64,000 nucleotides of DNA from Idiomarina sp. (GTDB lineage Bacteria > Pseudomonadota > Gammaproteobacteria > Enterobacterales > Alteromonadaceae). Where the stretch lies: the NCBI GenBank assembly GCA_020832105.1, contig JAFIFH010000071.1, positions 6,364 through 70,363 on the forward strand, given 5' to 3'. A model generated the notes under the pieces. That model was given only the letters and a program-made list of their open reading frames with translations, was not told the origin of the DNA and searched no databases. Positions 1 to 9,097 of the stretch are shown here, in pieces. The position numbers were made by a program, and so were the translations under genes. How positions within the stretch are numbered: position 1 is the first letter of the stretch; each line of letters begins with the position of its first letter.

Positions 1-447
1 ATAGCCCGATTTTGCTTTAAAGCGCAAAAATGGAATACCGGCGGCGGTCAGGGAGTTCTTTAAAAACCAGTTACGCTTAGCCTGGTGCTGATTCGCCTCA
101 ACCGGCTCCAGTTCTATCACCGCCACTACACGCATACCGTTGTGACGGTCGCACAACACATAGTCGAGCATGCGATTAGACACCTTGCCCTGGGCCTCAC
201 GAATGGCAGCGCGGGACATGCCTTTGTCACGAATGCTGACGACGTCACCTAAGCGCACCTTGGTTAAAATACGGTACTGATCACCAAGACCACGCTCTAG
301 CAGGGTCAGAAACTGCTCTTCCGTGGCAGAAAATAAGCTTTCCTGACGCTTTTTATAGGGGTAGGGTGAATAACGTTCGGTTAACCGGGACGCCAGCATG
401 GCAATCAATACCAACACTGCAATAAAACCAATCAGGACGAACTCCAT
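1..447 (-). CDS. DUF2726-like membrane-anchored protein (3' end beyond window edge)
   Basis: Hand translation from ATG (complement of 445-447): MEFVLIGFIAVLVLIAMLASRL (TM helix), then EEQFLTLLERGLGDQYRILTKVRLGDV, MLDYVLCDRHNGMRVVAVIELEP and AAGIPFLRFKAKSGY. I associate this pattern with DUF2726. Absent from the ORF track because it is open at the window edge. Confidence 0.55.
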   Translation of the reverse strand, partial: MEFVLIGFIAVLVLIAMLASRLTERYSPYPYKKRQESLFSATEEQFLTLLERGLGDQYRILTKVRLGDVVSIRDKGMSRAAIREAQGKVSNRMLDYVLCDRHNGMRVVAVIELEPVEANQHQAKRNWFLKNSLTAAGIPFLRFKAKSGY

Positions 448-542
448 GACATACCTCACACACTAAATTGAATCTCGATATCAATAGTAATGCAAAGCGA
501 GTGCCAAAACTTTAGCTCGTCCTGATTTAATGGTGAAAAACA

Positions 543-1469
543 CTACTTAGGCTGATAACCGCCGGCGATACCCTTGGTGGTAATGCTGACCGCATCATGG
601 GCATGCAATGATTCGTAGTGATTAATGCGGATCCAGAAGTCGCGAATCTCGCTATGCTGATTCAGACAAAACTTCACGCGACGTGCCGCATCTTCACAAA
701 ACATCAGGTTTTGGCCATTCAGCCGTGCAAATTCCTGCTCATCTTCACGTTTCACCGCTGCCTGCACCGGGGTCTTCAAAGTTCCTTCAATGGCGTCTAT
801 CAGGGCTTCAATGGGCAGGTCATTGGTATCACTGCGCAGTTTCACTTTGACATCAGCAATGGAGCGCTGGCTGTGCGGGGTGGCGGGCACGCCATCGGTG
901 GTACCCAGCCATGCTAACACGTCCTGCTTATCGACACTGGTACCCTCAAAGCGGCTGACAAAGGCTTCCTGAATAATTTGTCGGGCGAGCGCAGCTGAAC
1001 ATGGGCAGGTTGACGAGTATGGCACCGCAACACCCAGTTCAATATCCAGGCCTTGCTCAGTAAGTACCGCCTGTAACGTAACCGGATAAGCTTTCCAGCC
1101 TTGTTTTTTACTAATCAGCGACTTGCGACGTAAATGGTAATCGAAATGAAAACGCACCATAGCCTTGGTGCTCAAATCAGCATGTGAGCTAATAAAGCTA
1201 TTCAATAACGTTTGCAGTTGTGCAGGCTGCAAGCTGCCACTTGCCGACAATTCGTCGACTGCCAGATACAGGCGTGACATATGAATGCCTTTCGCATGGG
1301 CATCGTCAAGGCTGACAAAGGCGTCGACTTTAGCGCTCACCTGGCGATCCGGCTGGCCTGGAACGGTGACCAGTAACGGCATTTCAATATTGCTCATGCC
1401 AACCCAGTCAAGTGTCCCAACGGTTTGGGCACTGTCTTGGTTAGCGATATCGGGCATCGAGGTTGGCAT
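543..1469 (-). CDS. folE2: GTP cyclohydrolase I type 2 (FolE2 / GCYH-IB)
   Basis: ORF 543..1502. Contains [18 protein letters not shown] and [13 protein letters not shown], typical of FolE2. Start placed at Met12 (GGAG about 10 nt upstream); Met1 (1502) or Met16 (1457) are also possible. Confidence 0.85.
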   Translation of the reverse strand: MPTSMPDIANQDSAQTVGTLDWVGMSNIEMPLLVTVPGQPDRQVSAKVDAFVSLDDAHAKGIHMSRLYLAVDELSASGSLQPAQLQTLLNSFISSHADLSTKAMVRFHFDYHLRRKSLISKKQGWKAYPVTLQAVLTEQGLDIELGVAVPYSSTCPCSAALARQIIQEAFVSRFEGTSVDKQDVLAWLGTTDGVPATPHSQRSIADVKVKLRSDTNDLPIEALIDAIEGTLKTPVQAAVKREDEQEFARLNGQNLMFCEDAARRVKFCLNQHSEIRDFWIRINHYESLHAHDAVSITTKGIAGGYQPK

Positions 1470-1515
1470 GCGTTGACTACTCCGCGGTCTGGGTGGTGTC
1501 ATAGTGCTAATGACA

Positions 1516-1528
1516 AGATATTATATCT
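1516..1528. promoter_or_regulatory. Perfect 13-bp palindrome AGATATTATATCT overlapping a minus-strand TATAAT; candidate operator/-10 of folE2 (possible Zur-type box)
   Basis: Palindrome read directly. The complement of 1520-1525 is TATAAT, and TTAAAT lies 17 bp upstream on the minus strand (1543-1548). About 47 bp upstream of the preferred folE2 start. Confidence 0.3.
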
Positions 1529-1636
1529 GACTTGCGCTGTTTATTTAACTATCATGTCAAACAGACGCATGCAGAAGCTGTAAACTATTACGCCAGCTTA
1601 CTTATTTTGGATTGCTATCCCAACACGGAAATTTCA

Positions 1637-1999
1637 ATGACCACTATCAGTTATTCCGAATCAATCGACTTCACCTTGCTGGAGCAATACTTTGAATTAT
1701 TAGGTAGCGAGGGTATTCGCGAAAGCCTGACCACGCTACAACAACTGATGCCTGAATACATCAGCGAGCTCGAAGACAAGGCAGCGCAGCAGGATGAAAC
1801 AGGTTTTCGCCGCCAGGCTCACAAGATCAAAGGTGGTTGCCGCTCGCTTGGTTTTGCTCGTTTAGGCAAATTAATGGAGTTTCTTGAGCGCGACCAATGG
1901 CGGTGGGACGACACCCTTGAGGCCATCGCGCAGTGGCAGTTATGGCTACCTGAAGACCTGCAGAGCGTACAAAATTGGCTGTACACGAAAGAAAAGTAA
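1637..1999 (+). CDS. Stand-alone histidine phosphotransfer (Hpt) protein
   Basis: ORF 1532..1999. Internal ATG at 1637 gives about 120 aa. Hpt signature RRQAHKIKGGCRSLGFARL (HxxKG). Convergent with arcA. Confidence 0.7.
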   Translation: MTTISYSESIDFTLLEQYFELLGSEGIRESLTTLQQLMPEYISELEDKAAQQDETGFRRQAHKIKGGCRSLGFARLGKLMEFLERDQWRWDDTLEAIAQWQLWLPEDLQSVQNWLYTKEK

Positions 2000-2048
2000 G
2001 CATCGCAAGCGGTGCTTACTAGTAGTCAAAAGGATAAACCAGAAAGAC

Positions 2049-2075
2049 AAAAAACCAGCCGCAGCTGGTTTTTCT
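2049..2075. terminator. Bidirectional rho-independent terminator between Hpt gene and arcA
   Basis: AAAAAACCAGC-CGCA-GCTGGTTTTT: a GC stem flanked by an A-run and a T-run. Confidence 0.6.
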
Positions 2076-2098
2076 TTATATGCGGACCAACACACTGT

Positions 2099-2827
2099 TT
2101 ATTGCGATACTTCAACCCGAACATCACCAACAAAGCGATACCCTTCACCATGAATAGTGGTGATCAGGTTAGGTGTTTCAGGGTGAGACTCAAAATGGCG
2201 ACGGATACGGCGAATAGCGACGTCTACCGTACGGTCATTAGGGCGTAGTTCGCGATCGAGCATTTTACGAACCAGAGTTTCACGGTCATGAATTTTGCCC
2301 GGTTGAGTTAAAAACAACTCCATGGCCCGGTATTCACTCTTCGGTAAGCGAAACATTTTCTTTTCTGGTGAATACAAGCAGCGGCTGTCGCAGTCCAGAA
2401 CCCAGCCATTAAAATGAAACTCACGCGAACCTTCAACTTTCGGTTCGGTTGGCTTTTGGCTGTGTTCGATACGGCGATATAGGTTACGCACACGAATCGT
2501 TAACTCTTTTGGATTATATGGTTTAATCAGATAATCGTCGGCACCAAGCTCAAGGGCCAGGAGACGGTCCTCGTCGCTGTCGCGGCCAGTCAAAAAGACC
2601 AAACCAATATTTTTTTGCTCACGTAATGATTCAGCGAGTTCAAGACCACTTTGGCCAGGCAGGTTGACATCCATAATGATGAGATCAACTGGCTGTTGGG
2701 CCATGATGTGTTCCATTTGCTTGCCATCCGCGGCGTCAAAAACTTCATAGCCTTCTTGTTGGAATAGGCGGGCGAGAGTTTGTCGGGTGACGACTTCGTC
2801 TTCCACGATTAGAAGTTTTGCGCTCAT
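2099..2827 (-). CDS. arcA: OmpR-family response regulator ArcA
   Basis: Near-colinear with E. coli ArcA as I recall it: LIVEDEVVTRQTL, FLTGRDSDEDRLLALELGADDYLIKPYNPKELTIR, RTVDVAIRRIRRHFESHPETPNLITTIHGEGYRF. Confidence 0.9.
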   Translation of the reverse strand: MSAKLLIVEDEVVTRQTLARLFQQEGYEVFDAADGKQMEHIMAQQPVDLIIMDVNLPGQSGLELAESLREQKNIGLVFLTGRDSDEDRLLALELGADDYLIKPYNPKELTIRVRNLYRRIEHSQKPTEPKVEGSREFHFNGWVLDCDSRCLYSPEKKMFRLPKSEYRAMELFLTQPGKIHDRETLVRKMLDRELRPNDRTVDVAIRRIRRHFESHPETPNLITTIHGEGYRFVGDVRVEVSQ

Positions 2828-2899
2828 AGATCATCCTGTGTTGTTACGGTTGTGCAAACTAAATCCAGATCAATGACTAAGGATAAGTTTTTTAGCGGG

Positions 2900-4513
2900 T
2901 CAATTGCAAGTTTTAACGTCATTTGCCTCTTCATAACCACACTCGATGACAACTTCGAAGCCTTCGTCGGGCGCGCTTTGACAGTTAATGCTGCCATCCA
3001 GTGTATGGGTCACCAAATTATAGACCAGGTGCATGCCTAATCCACTGTTGCCTTTGCCTCGTTTGCTGGTCACAAAAGGGTCGAAGATTCTGCGTAAAAT
3101 ATCAGCAGGTACGCCAACGCCGTTGTCTTTGTAGACAAGTTTTAACTGGCCATTGTCAGTGGTGACTGTAATCTCAACCCGACCTGGCGCGTTGGCAGCA
3201 AACCCATGCAATACCGAGTTGTCGAACAGGCTTAATATCAACTGATGCCAGATACCCACCTTCGCCAGAATCGGTTTTTGTAGGGTGCAGCTAATATCCA
3301 CCTCGATCGCCTGACTATGTTCAACATAGGCCCGGGCACTGGTAATAATGTCTTCGAGCATTTGCTTAAAGTCGATGGGGGTGGATTCTTCACCCGCATG
3401 TTCGATAGCAAGTTTCTTGAAGTTATTGATCAATTCAACCGCCCGCCCAAGATTGCGCTGCACAATCGTCAATTGTTGATTGAGCTCCGCATGTAAGTCG
3501 TCAGGCGCTTTTTTGATGGTGTTATCAAGCATTGAGGTAGCGGTTACGGCCATCCCTAAGGGCGTGTTGATTTCATGACTAATGCCAGCGACCAGTTCAG
3601 ATAGCGAGGACATTTTTTGTGCTTCAACTTGCCGCCCCTGATGCTGATGCAGCTGCTCAAGGGTTTCCAGCAGCTCCTGGTTGGCGTTGCGCAAGGCATT
3701 GGTGCGGTCCTGAACCTGTTGTTCAAGTTCTGCGGTGAGCTGCGCGGCTGCCGCTTCTGATTTGGTGTGCTGGTAAGTGAACTGTTGAATCCGGTCAAGC
3801 ACCGTATTGACGTTGCGCCCAAGCATGTCGAGTTCACGAAAAGGTGTATGTTTGAGCCGCAGGCTATAGTTTCGTGTGCGCGCAATATCGCCGATGTCCT
3901 CGATCATTCTATGCAGGTGGCGAGTGAAAAAACGACTCAGCAACTTCGCCATAAGCAGTGCCAAGGCAATGGCGAACAGCACAACGATAAAAGCCAGCAG
4001 GGTGTAATGTTGCAGCGACTGATTCAGTGACTGCCTGGTCGCACGCACAAATACGTAACCACGTGGGGGTTGGTCAGCTGAAAATGCGGATTGTGCCCCC
4101 AGCGACACAGTAAAGGGCACCATAATGTCAATCCCCTGGTGGCTAATTCGGGCCTGCCGCAGGTCGCTGAAAGCCTGTTCGCGAGAAGCAATCGGGGTTA
4201 CGCCAGGGCGGTTATAACTGGTCAGGAAATTCAGTTCACCATCACTGCTGTAGGTATACACGTGTGCGTTCAGAATAAAGTCGGTGTACTCAAACTGTTC
4301 AGCAAAGGACTCGTGCCAGTTGTCCGCATGGTGCGACAGCTGCTGCTTCACGTTCAGGGCGAGTGCATGGGCCTGGTCGCTCACCCGCTCTTCCAGATGC
4401 AGCCGTTGTTGCTGGTAACTGAGCCAGGCATACAGGCTGAAAGCCGAAAGCGAGGCTACGCAGGTGATACAGGCGGTGGTGATAAGAAGGCCTTTGCTGA
4501 GCGTACTTAACAT
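2900..4513 (-). CDS. Membrane sensor histidine kinase (two TM helices, periplasmic domain, HAMP-like linker, HisKA, HATPase; no receiver or Hpt domain)
   Basis: 537 aa. TM helices near residues 10-32 and 170-192. H-box LVAGISHEINTPLGM. ATPase motifs DNGVGVP and GNSGLGMHLV. The start overlaps the rsmC stop by 7 bp. Confidence 0.85.
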   Translation of the reverse strand: MLSTLSKGLLITTACITCVASLSAFSLYAWLSYQQQRLHLEERVSDQAHALALNVKQQLSHHADNWHESFAEQFEYTDFILNAHVYTYSSDGELNFLTSYNRPGVTPIASREQAFSDLRQARISHQGIDIMVPFTVSLGAQSAFSADQPPRGYVFVRATRQSLNQSLQHYTLLAFIVVLFAIALALLMAKLLSRFFTRHLHRMIEDIGDIARTRNYSLRLKHTPFRELDMLGRNVNTVLDRIQQFTYQHTKSEAAAAQLTAELEQQVQDRTNALRNANQELLETLEQLHQHQGRQVEAQKMSSLSELVAGISHEINTPLGMAVTATSMLDNTIKKAPDDLHAELNQQLTIVQRNLGRAVELINNFKKLAIEHAGEESTPIDFKQMLEDIITSARAYVEHSQAIEVDISCTLQKPILAKVGIWHQLILSLFDNSVLHGFAANAPGRVEITVTTDNGQLKLVYKDNGVGVPADILRRIFDPFVTSKRGKGNSGLGMHLVYNLVTHTLDGSINCQSAPDEGFEVVIECGYEEANDVKTCN

Positions 4514-5523
4514 GGTTTGTGCGCCTGGAGGATCTTATAGCGACCATTATTCAAAGGTTCGCTCACTTCCCGAAAGCGCTCTCGCAGTAACGCGTTATAG
4601 CCAAGGAAACTGTTGGCAACGATCAACAGGCGACCACCCGGTTTGAGCTTCTTTGCCACCTCACTGATAAATTTACCGGCTATCTCATAATCCGTGCGTT
4701 GACCAGAATGAAAGGGTGGGTTGGTGATAATCCAGTCGAAGCGCCCGGTGACTGCATCAAGACCATCACTGGCAAGTACTTCAAAGGGGCTGTCCAGTTG
4801 CTGCGTGTGTAAGGTTTGCTCAGTGGTGGCTAACGCGAAGGCACTGACATCACTGGCAACGATGGCGTCAATCGAACAGTGGGCACGAACGAAAGCGCTG
4901 ATAGCGCCACTGCCACAGGCGAAGTCGAGTACGCGGCCATGGATTTTCGGCTGAGCGCCTATGTACTCGAGTAGCAGAGCCGTGCCGGCGTCTAAGCGTT
5001 GCTCGCTGAACACCCCCGGTAAATTAAAAACCGTGGTGGCCGGTTCGCCCGGCAGCTGATAGGTGGTCTGGTAATCGTCGAGCTTAAATGGCGCAACCTG
5101 GGTGGCGTTGCGTTGACAGACATAGAGTAGGCAGTGATTGCCACTGGCTACTTTTTGCGCGGGACTAAAGCTTGCCGGTAGCTGTTTTACAATTGACTTG
5201 ATACCCCCTTTATTCGGGCCAACCAGGTAGAGGGTGGCGTCCTCGGGCATCATCGCGGCGAGATTATCGAATAACATCCGGCACAGGCTTTTTTCTTTAG
5301 GTACATACAGCACGGCTTGATCAACGCTGGTTTGGAAAAGCTGTGGATCCAGCTCTGCGGCAAAGCTATCGTTGTCAGCAGCGAAATGGTGATACAGGTT
5401 GGCGTAATAAAAGTGCGCCCGACAAGATTGCTGGCGGCTAAGAGAGTCTTGTGCATTGACCAACAGGGTTGCGGGTGTCACCACCTCATGGCGGAGTAAT
5501 AACTGGCTGGGGTTATCCAACAT
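4507..5523 (-). CDS. rsmC: 16S rRNA (guanine1207-N2)-methyltransferase RsmC
   Basis: 338 aa with a duplicated methyltransferase fold. VLDFACGSGAIS and ITNPPFHSG motifs. Colinear with E. coli RsmC. Confidence 0.85.
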   Translation of the reverse strand: MLDNPSQLLLRHEVVTPATLLVNAQDSLSRQQSCRAHFYYANLYHHFAADNDSFAAELDPQLFQTSVDQAVLYVPKEKSLCRMLFDNLAAMMPEDATLYLVGPNKGGIKSIVKQLPASFSPAQKVASGNHCLLYVCQRNATQVAPFKLDDYQTTYQLPGEPATTVFNLPGVFSEQRLDAGTALLLEYIGAQPKIHGRVLDFACGSGAISAFVRAHCSIDAIVASDVSAFALATTEQTLHTQQLDSPFEVLASDGLDAVTGRFDWIITNPPFHSGQRTDYEIAGKFISEVAKKLKPGGRLLIVANSFLGYNALLRERFREVSEPLNNGRYKILQAHKPC

Positions 5524-7186
5524 ATTGGTAACTGAAGCTCCCGTTTTTCAGGATTAAGGTTGAGGGGCCGCGATTCTCATCAATGCGTTTGCTTTCATAT
5601 TCCCCTTGTAAAACAACCCCGGAGTATAACACGCGGTTGGCATGGACAATGATCATCTGGCGCTCCGGAGCGCGCTTTTGTAATTCTTTGAACTGGATTT
5701 TTAGCACCGTAATATTGCGTCGATGATTTTCCAGTTTTTGCTCCAGGGGCTGCAGAAACTTCTTCAATTTAGCGCTGGGCATGTCTTCTTCACGTGCCCG
5801 CTGACGCGCTTTGCTCAGCTTTTTCACCATCGCCATTTCGTCACGCAGCCCCTTGCTTAAGCGTTCGGTATCAGCAAGGTAGGACTCGTCGGCGGTGGGG
5901 GATGCGATATTAATATAGGTTTTAGTGCCAGCAGGGGCACCAATTTGACCAGCATAGACATGGGTGGTGGTGTCGATGACACCGCCAATGAGTTTACCTC
6001 GCGCCTCTTTGCCCTCACCGCCAAGGCACAGAGTACCCTGGGTGATGACATGGCAATGGGTTAACTGCTTGTCGACAATAACGCCTTTGTTGGCCTTTAA
6101 TGTGGCGTACTGACTATAGGAAACCCAAAGCGAACCGCCAGCAGTCACCCGGGTGGAATGCTCTACGCTGGGGGCGGGAACGGCGTCATCGTCATCAACC
6201 TGTTCCGATTGTTGGCCGATAACGCCCTTGGTAATCGTGATATTGCCAGCCGCTTCAATGACTGCGGAGTCGACATAGCCAGTCACCGTCACATCACCGC
6301 CTGCGGTCACTTTCATCCCAGGGCCGACATTACCGTTAATCAGCACCGAGCCCTCGTAATTGACATGCCCGGTAGTAGCATCGACTTTGCGCATGGTCAG
6401 TACATCGTCAATATGGGCAGCATTATCGAGAATACGCGGTAAACCCTGATTGGCCGCAATTAGCAGATTAGCATCCTCAGGGCTGACCACTGCGCCATTG
6501 CCAGCGTGAAGATCGCGATTTTTACCGGGGGTTGCCTCAAGGGCCAATCCCTTGACGGTAAACCCAGGGTTGCCTTGGGTTGGAGGCACTCGGCGCAATA
6601 GCTTGGTGCCTGGCTGGACACTGATGACCTCGCCCAGATCACGCATATCTACCTTTTCATTTTCATTCTTGACCTGGGGCCTGAGAACGCGCTCTCGGGC
6701 ATCCTGAGTCAGTGGCTCAAACCGTGCATCATCGCCATCGATGGCTGGCCGACCCCGGGCAATCAGTACTTCCAATTCGCTACCAGGTTCACCATGCAGG
6801 CTATGGTCAATGACTTTCTCCATGGCCTGGCGGCGTATACCCATGGTCACCCCGGATTCCCGCAACATTTTAAGTAATTGGTTGAGGGACAGGGGGGTAC
6901 CGCCAAAAGGTGCGGTGCTAACGGCATGGACCTGCATGTCATCTTCACTGACTTCCAGGCGAATCGTCGCCGGCAGACATTGGCCGATGCGAATCAGTGA
7001 GGTGTCTTCAGTGGCAACCGCGCTCAGTGCATTGCTAAAGGCATTGTCATCCAGTAAACAAGCGGCGGAGCCAGAATGTTCAAAAACTTGCTGTAAGGTC
7101 TTCTCGTCGAGATCGGCCCGTTCTACCCTATTGCCAATCGACAGGTAGAGCGTTTCACCAGTTTGCACAAAATCGATTCCGTTCAT
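5513..7186 (-). CDS. FapA-family (DUF342) protein
   Basis: 557 aa. Central beta-helix-like repeats (GNVGPGMKVTAGGDVTVTGYVDSAVIEAAGNITITKGVIG) and a C-terminal coiled coil, typical of DUF342/FapA. Overlaps both neighbouring genes. Confidence 0.8.
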   Translation of the reverse strand: MNGIDFVQTGETLYLSIGNRVERADLDEKTLQQVFEHSGSAACLLDDNAFSNALSAVATEDTSLIRIGQCLPATIRLEVSEDDMQVHAVSTAPFGGTPLSLNQLLKMLRESGVTMGIRRQAMEKVIDHSLHGEPGSELEVLIARGRPAIDGDDARFEPLTQDARERVLRPQVKNENEKVDMRDLGEVISVQPGTKLLRRVPPTQGNPGFTVKGLALEATPGKNRDLHAGNGAVVSPEDANLLIAANQGLPRILDNAAHIDDVLTMRKVDATTGHVNYEGSVLINGNVGPGMKVTAGGDVTVTGYVDSAVIEAAGNITITKGVIGQQSEQVDDDDAVPAPSVEHSTRVTAGGSLWVSYSQYATLKANKGVIVDKQLTHCHVITQGTLCLGGEGKEARGKLIGGVIDTTTHVYAGQIGAPAGTKTYINIASPTADESYLADTERLSKGLRDEMAMVKKLSKARQRAREEDMPSAKLKKFLQPLEQKLENHRRNITVLKIQFKELQKRAPERQMIIVHANRVLYSGVVLQGEYESKRIDENRGPSTLILKNGSFSYQYVG

Positions 7187-7755
7187 CTTGGGTCATCCAG
7201 ATGTTTAAGTTCATCTGCGTTTGTTTCAGCCTGGGCGGTATCAAGTAACTCCCGCGCACGTTTGAAATCAAAACTGTTAAGGGCCTGCTGTATGCGGTCA
7301 ACGACGCCGTCAGGCCAATGCCGGGCGTGTTCGTTTGCCCAATGCTTAAACATAGTAAGCGACTTCAAGTTATGCTGTTCGAGCGCCTGACGCAACTCCT
7401 CTAAGCCATCTTTTTGCGTATTTGTTGCGGGTGCTACAGCTGCTGGGTAATGCTCCTGAATGCTGTGCAATACATCAGCCAGTGCGCTTAGTAATTGATC
7501 TTGCTCGGCTTTTCCAGGCGCTGCCGCCGGCGGCGCTAGTTGATTGGCAATCAGCGCAAGAGTGGTGGCACCGCAGCTCGGTGCTGTGCTTTTTAAATCA
7601 TGGGCGAGTTGCTGGGTTTGCGTCGGGGTGAGTGACATTGGCTGAAGGTATGCGACATATTGCTGATAGAAGGTGGCGAGCACGCGCAGCATTAACGGGC
7701 GCTGTTGCTGGCACCATTGTAGTGCGATGGATTCGTCAATGGCTTGAGTGGTCAT
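7183..7755 (-). CDS. Hpt-like domain protein with an unknown C-terminal half
   Basis: 190 aa. QQLAHDLKSTAPSCGATTLALIANQL fits the Hpt HxxK(G/S)...GA helix. 4-bp ATGA overlaps at both ends. Confidence 0.55.
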   Translation of the reverse strand: MTTQAIDESIALQWCQQQRPLMLRVLATFYQQYVAYLQPMSLTPTQTQQLAHDLKSTAPSCGATTLALIANQLAPPAAAPGKAEQDQLLSALADVLHSIQEHYPAAVAPATNTQKDGLEELRQALEQHNLKSLTMFKHWANEHARHWPDGVVDRIQQALNSFDFKRARELLDTAQAETNADELKHLDDPR

Positions 7756-8306
7756 CGGGATACCAGTTCGACCCCTTGCTCTGAACGTAACTTGTCAACC
7801 AGTGCGCGAGGAATGGTGACTTCGGCCGTGGCTGCCACAACCTGCGAGTTAAACTCTACCAACCGGGCGTTAATGGTCACACCGTCCGCTCGCTCTACTG
7901 CAGTGGCAGCGAGAATATATTGAGCTGGCTGAACTTCACGGAGTTCCAGATAATCACGACTTAACGGGAAGTCCCCTGCTGAGGTGACCCGAACACCGTC
8001 GGTAAGCTTGAATTCAACCACGTCCAGGTGCGCTTTATGCAGTTCCGCCATTAAAGTTTCCTGTAATTGCAGGGCCAGCAAACTAGAGCGATTGAGGTCG
8101 CTTTCCAGCCAGGCTGGGGTGGTAACCATCACGCGCTGACCGCCGCGCACGTATTCGCCGGAGCTCATCAGTTGCTCAGTCAGCGACTGTGCATAACCGC
8201 GAATGTCGTTTGGCGCAGGTGACTGTGGCTGACTGCTACAGGCTAGCAAGAGTAAACTGGACACGCTCAGGGCAACCCACTTGAACCATGTTGTATTGCT
8301 CGGCAT
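7752..8306 (-). CDS. Lipoprotein, FlgO/LpoB-like fold suspected
   Basis: 184 aa. Lipobox LLLLAC. The core (VMVTTPAWLESDLNRSSLLALQLQETLMAELHKAHLDVVEF, GDFPLSRDYLEL, YILAATAVERADGVTINARLVE) resembles FlgO-family proteins as I recall them. Confidence 0.5.
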   Translation of the reverse strand: MPSNTTWFKWVALSVSSLLLLACSSQPQSPAPNDIRGYAQSLTEQLMSSGEYVRGGQRVMVTTPAWLESDLNRSSLLALQLQETLMAELHKAHLDVVEFKLTDGVRVTSAGDFPLSRDYLELREVQPAQYILAATAVERADGVTINARLVEFNSQVVAATAEVTIPRALVDKLRSEQGVELVSR

Positions 8307-8319
8307 CGGTAACTCCTCG

Positions 8320-9012
8320 TTATGGTTGACGCTGACGGGTCATTGCACGTTGCGGCGACCCCTGGATTTTTTCACTACCGTAACGCTCTGTGCGTTGCGT
8401 ATCCAGGCGGTGTACCTGAGATAGAGTCGCCGGGGCAGCATGTCGATACAACTGGCCATGACGGATTTCGCTCAGCGCGCCTTCGCCCTGGATAGCGCCC
8501 CAAGGAAAGAAATGGGTGGCTGCGCGTGCAACACTATTGTCCTGCACATTAATCAGGCGCAGGTTAACCAATAAACCGCCGCTCACTTCGCTATAGGTAC
8601 CGGTGAGAAAATAGTCTAACCGCTGACGGTTGCTTAGCTCAGCGACGTCGCGACTTAGCATGAGTTCCTGATGGTCTTCCAGGCGTAACTGGCGAGAGGT
8701 GCGATACTCAACAATGTGCGCGCCGCGCTGGGTGGCTGCGCTGATGAGCCCTTCCTGGATTTGTTGCACCATGATCCGGTCACGGTTACTGCCTTGCTGG
8801 CGTAAGCTGTGCACAGGCACCAGGCTACCGACCCCAATCCGCTGTGGCTGAGTGGCGTGAGATGGGTTAAAGATGCCATTGGCAAGGCTATCGGTATGGT
8901 GTTGTAGCGCCTGGGCAGAATCGTCAACAGACGGGGTGGCGGTGCAGGCTGCAGCCAATAGCGTGACGAGAACAACTGCACTGCAGCGCAAAGCAAGCTG
9001 ACCAACAGACAT
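8320..9012 (-). CDS. Lipoprotein, second FlgO-like paralogue with a basic C-terminal tail
   Basis: 230 aa. Lipobox LLAAAC. Same architecture (IGVGSLVPVHSL, MLSRDVAEL, YFLTGTYSEVSGGLLVNLRLIN). GAGG RBS upstream. Confidence 0.45.
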   Translation of the reverse strand: MSVGQLALRCSAVVLVTLLAAACTATPSVDDSAQALQHHTDSLANGIFNPSHATQPQRIGVGSLVPVHSLRQQGSNRDRIMVQQIQEGLISAATQRGAHIVEYRTSRQLRLEDHQELMLSRDVAELSNRQRLDYFLTGTYSEVSGGLLVNLRLINVQDNSVARAATHFFPWGAIQGEGALSEIRHGQLYRHAAPATLSQVHRLDTQRTERYGSEKIQGSPQRAMTRQRQP

Positions 9013-9097
9013 GAGAAACCTCGTTATTAAAGCTTAGTTACTCAGGCTATCGGCCAGCATGGCAATCCCTTTAGCAAAAGGGCAGTAAGGCTGCAGG

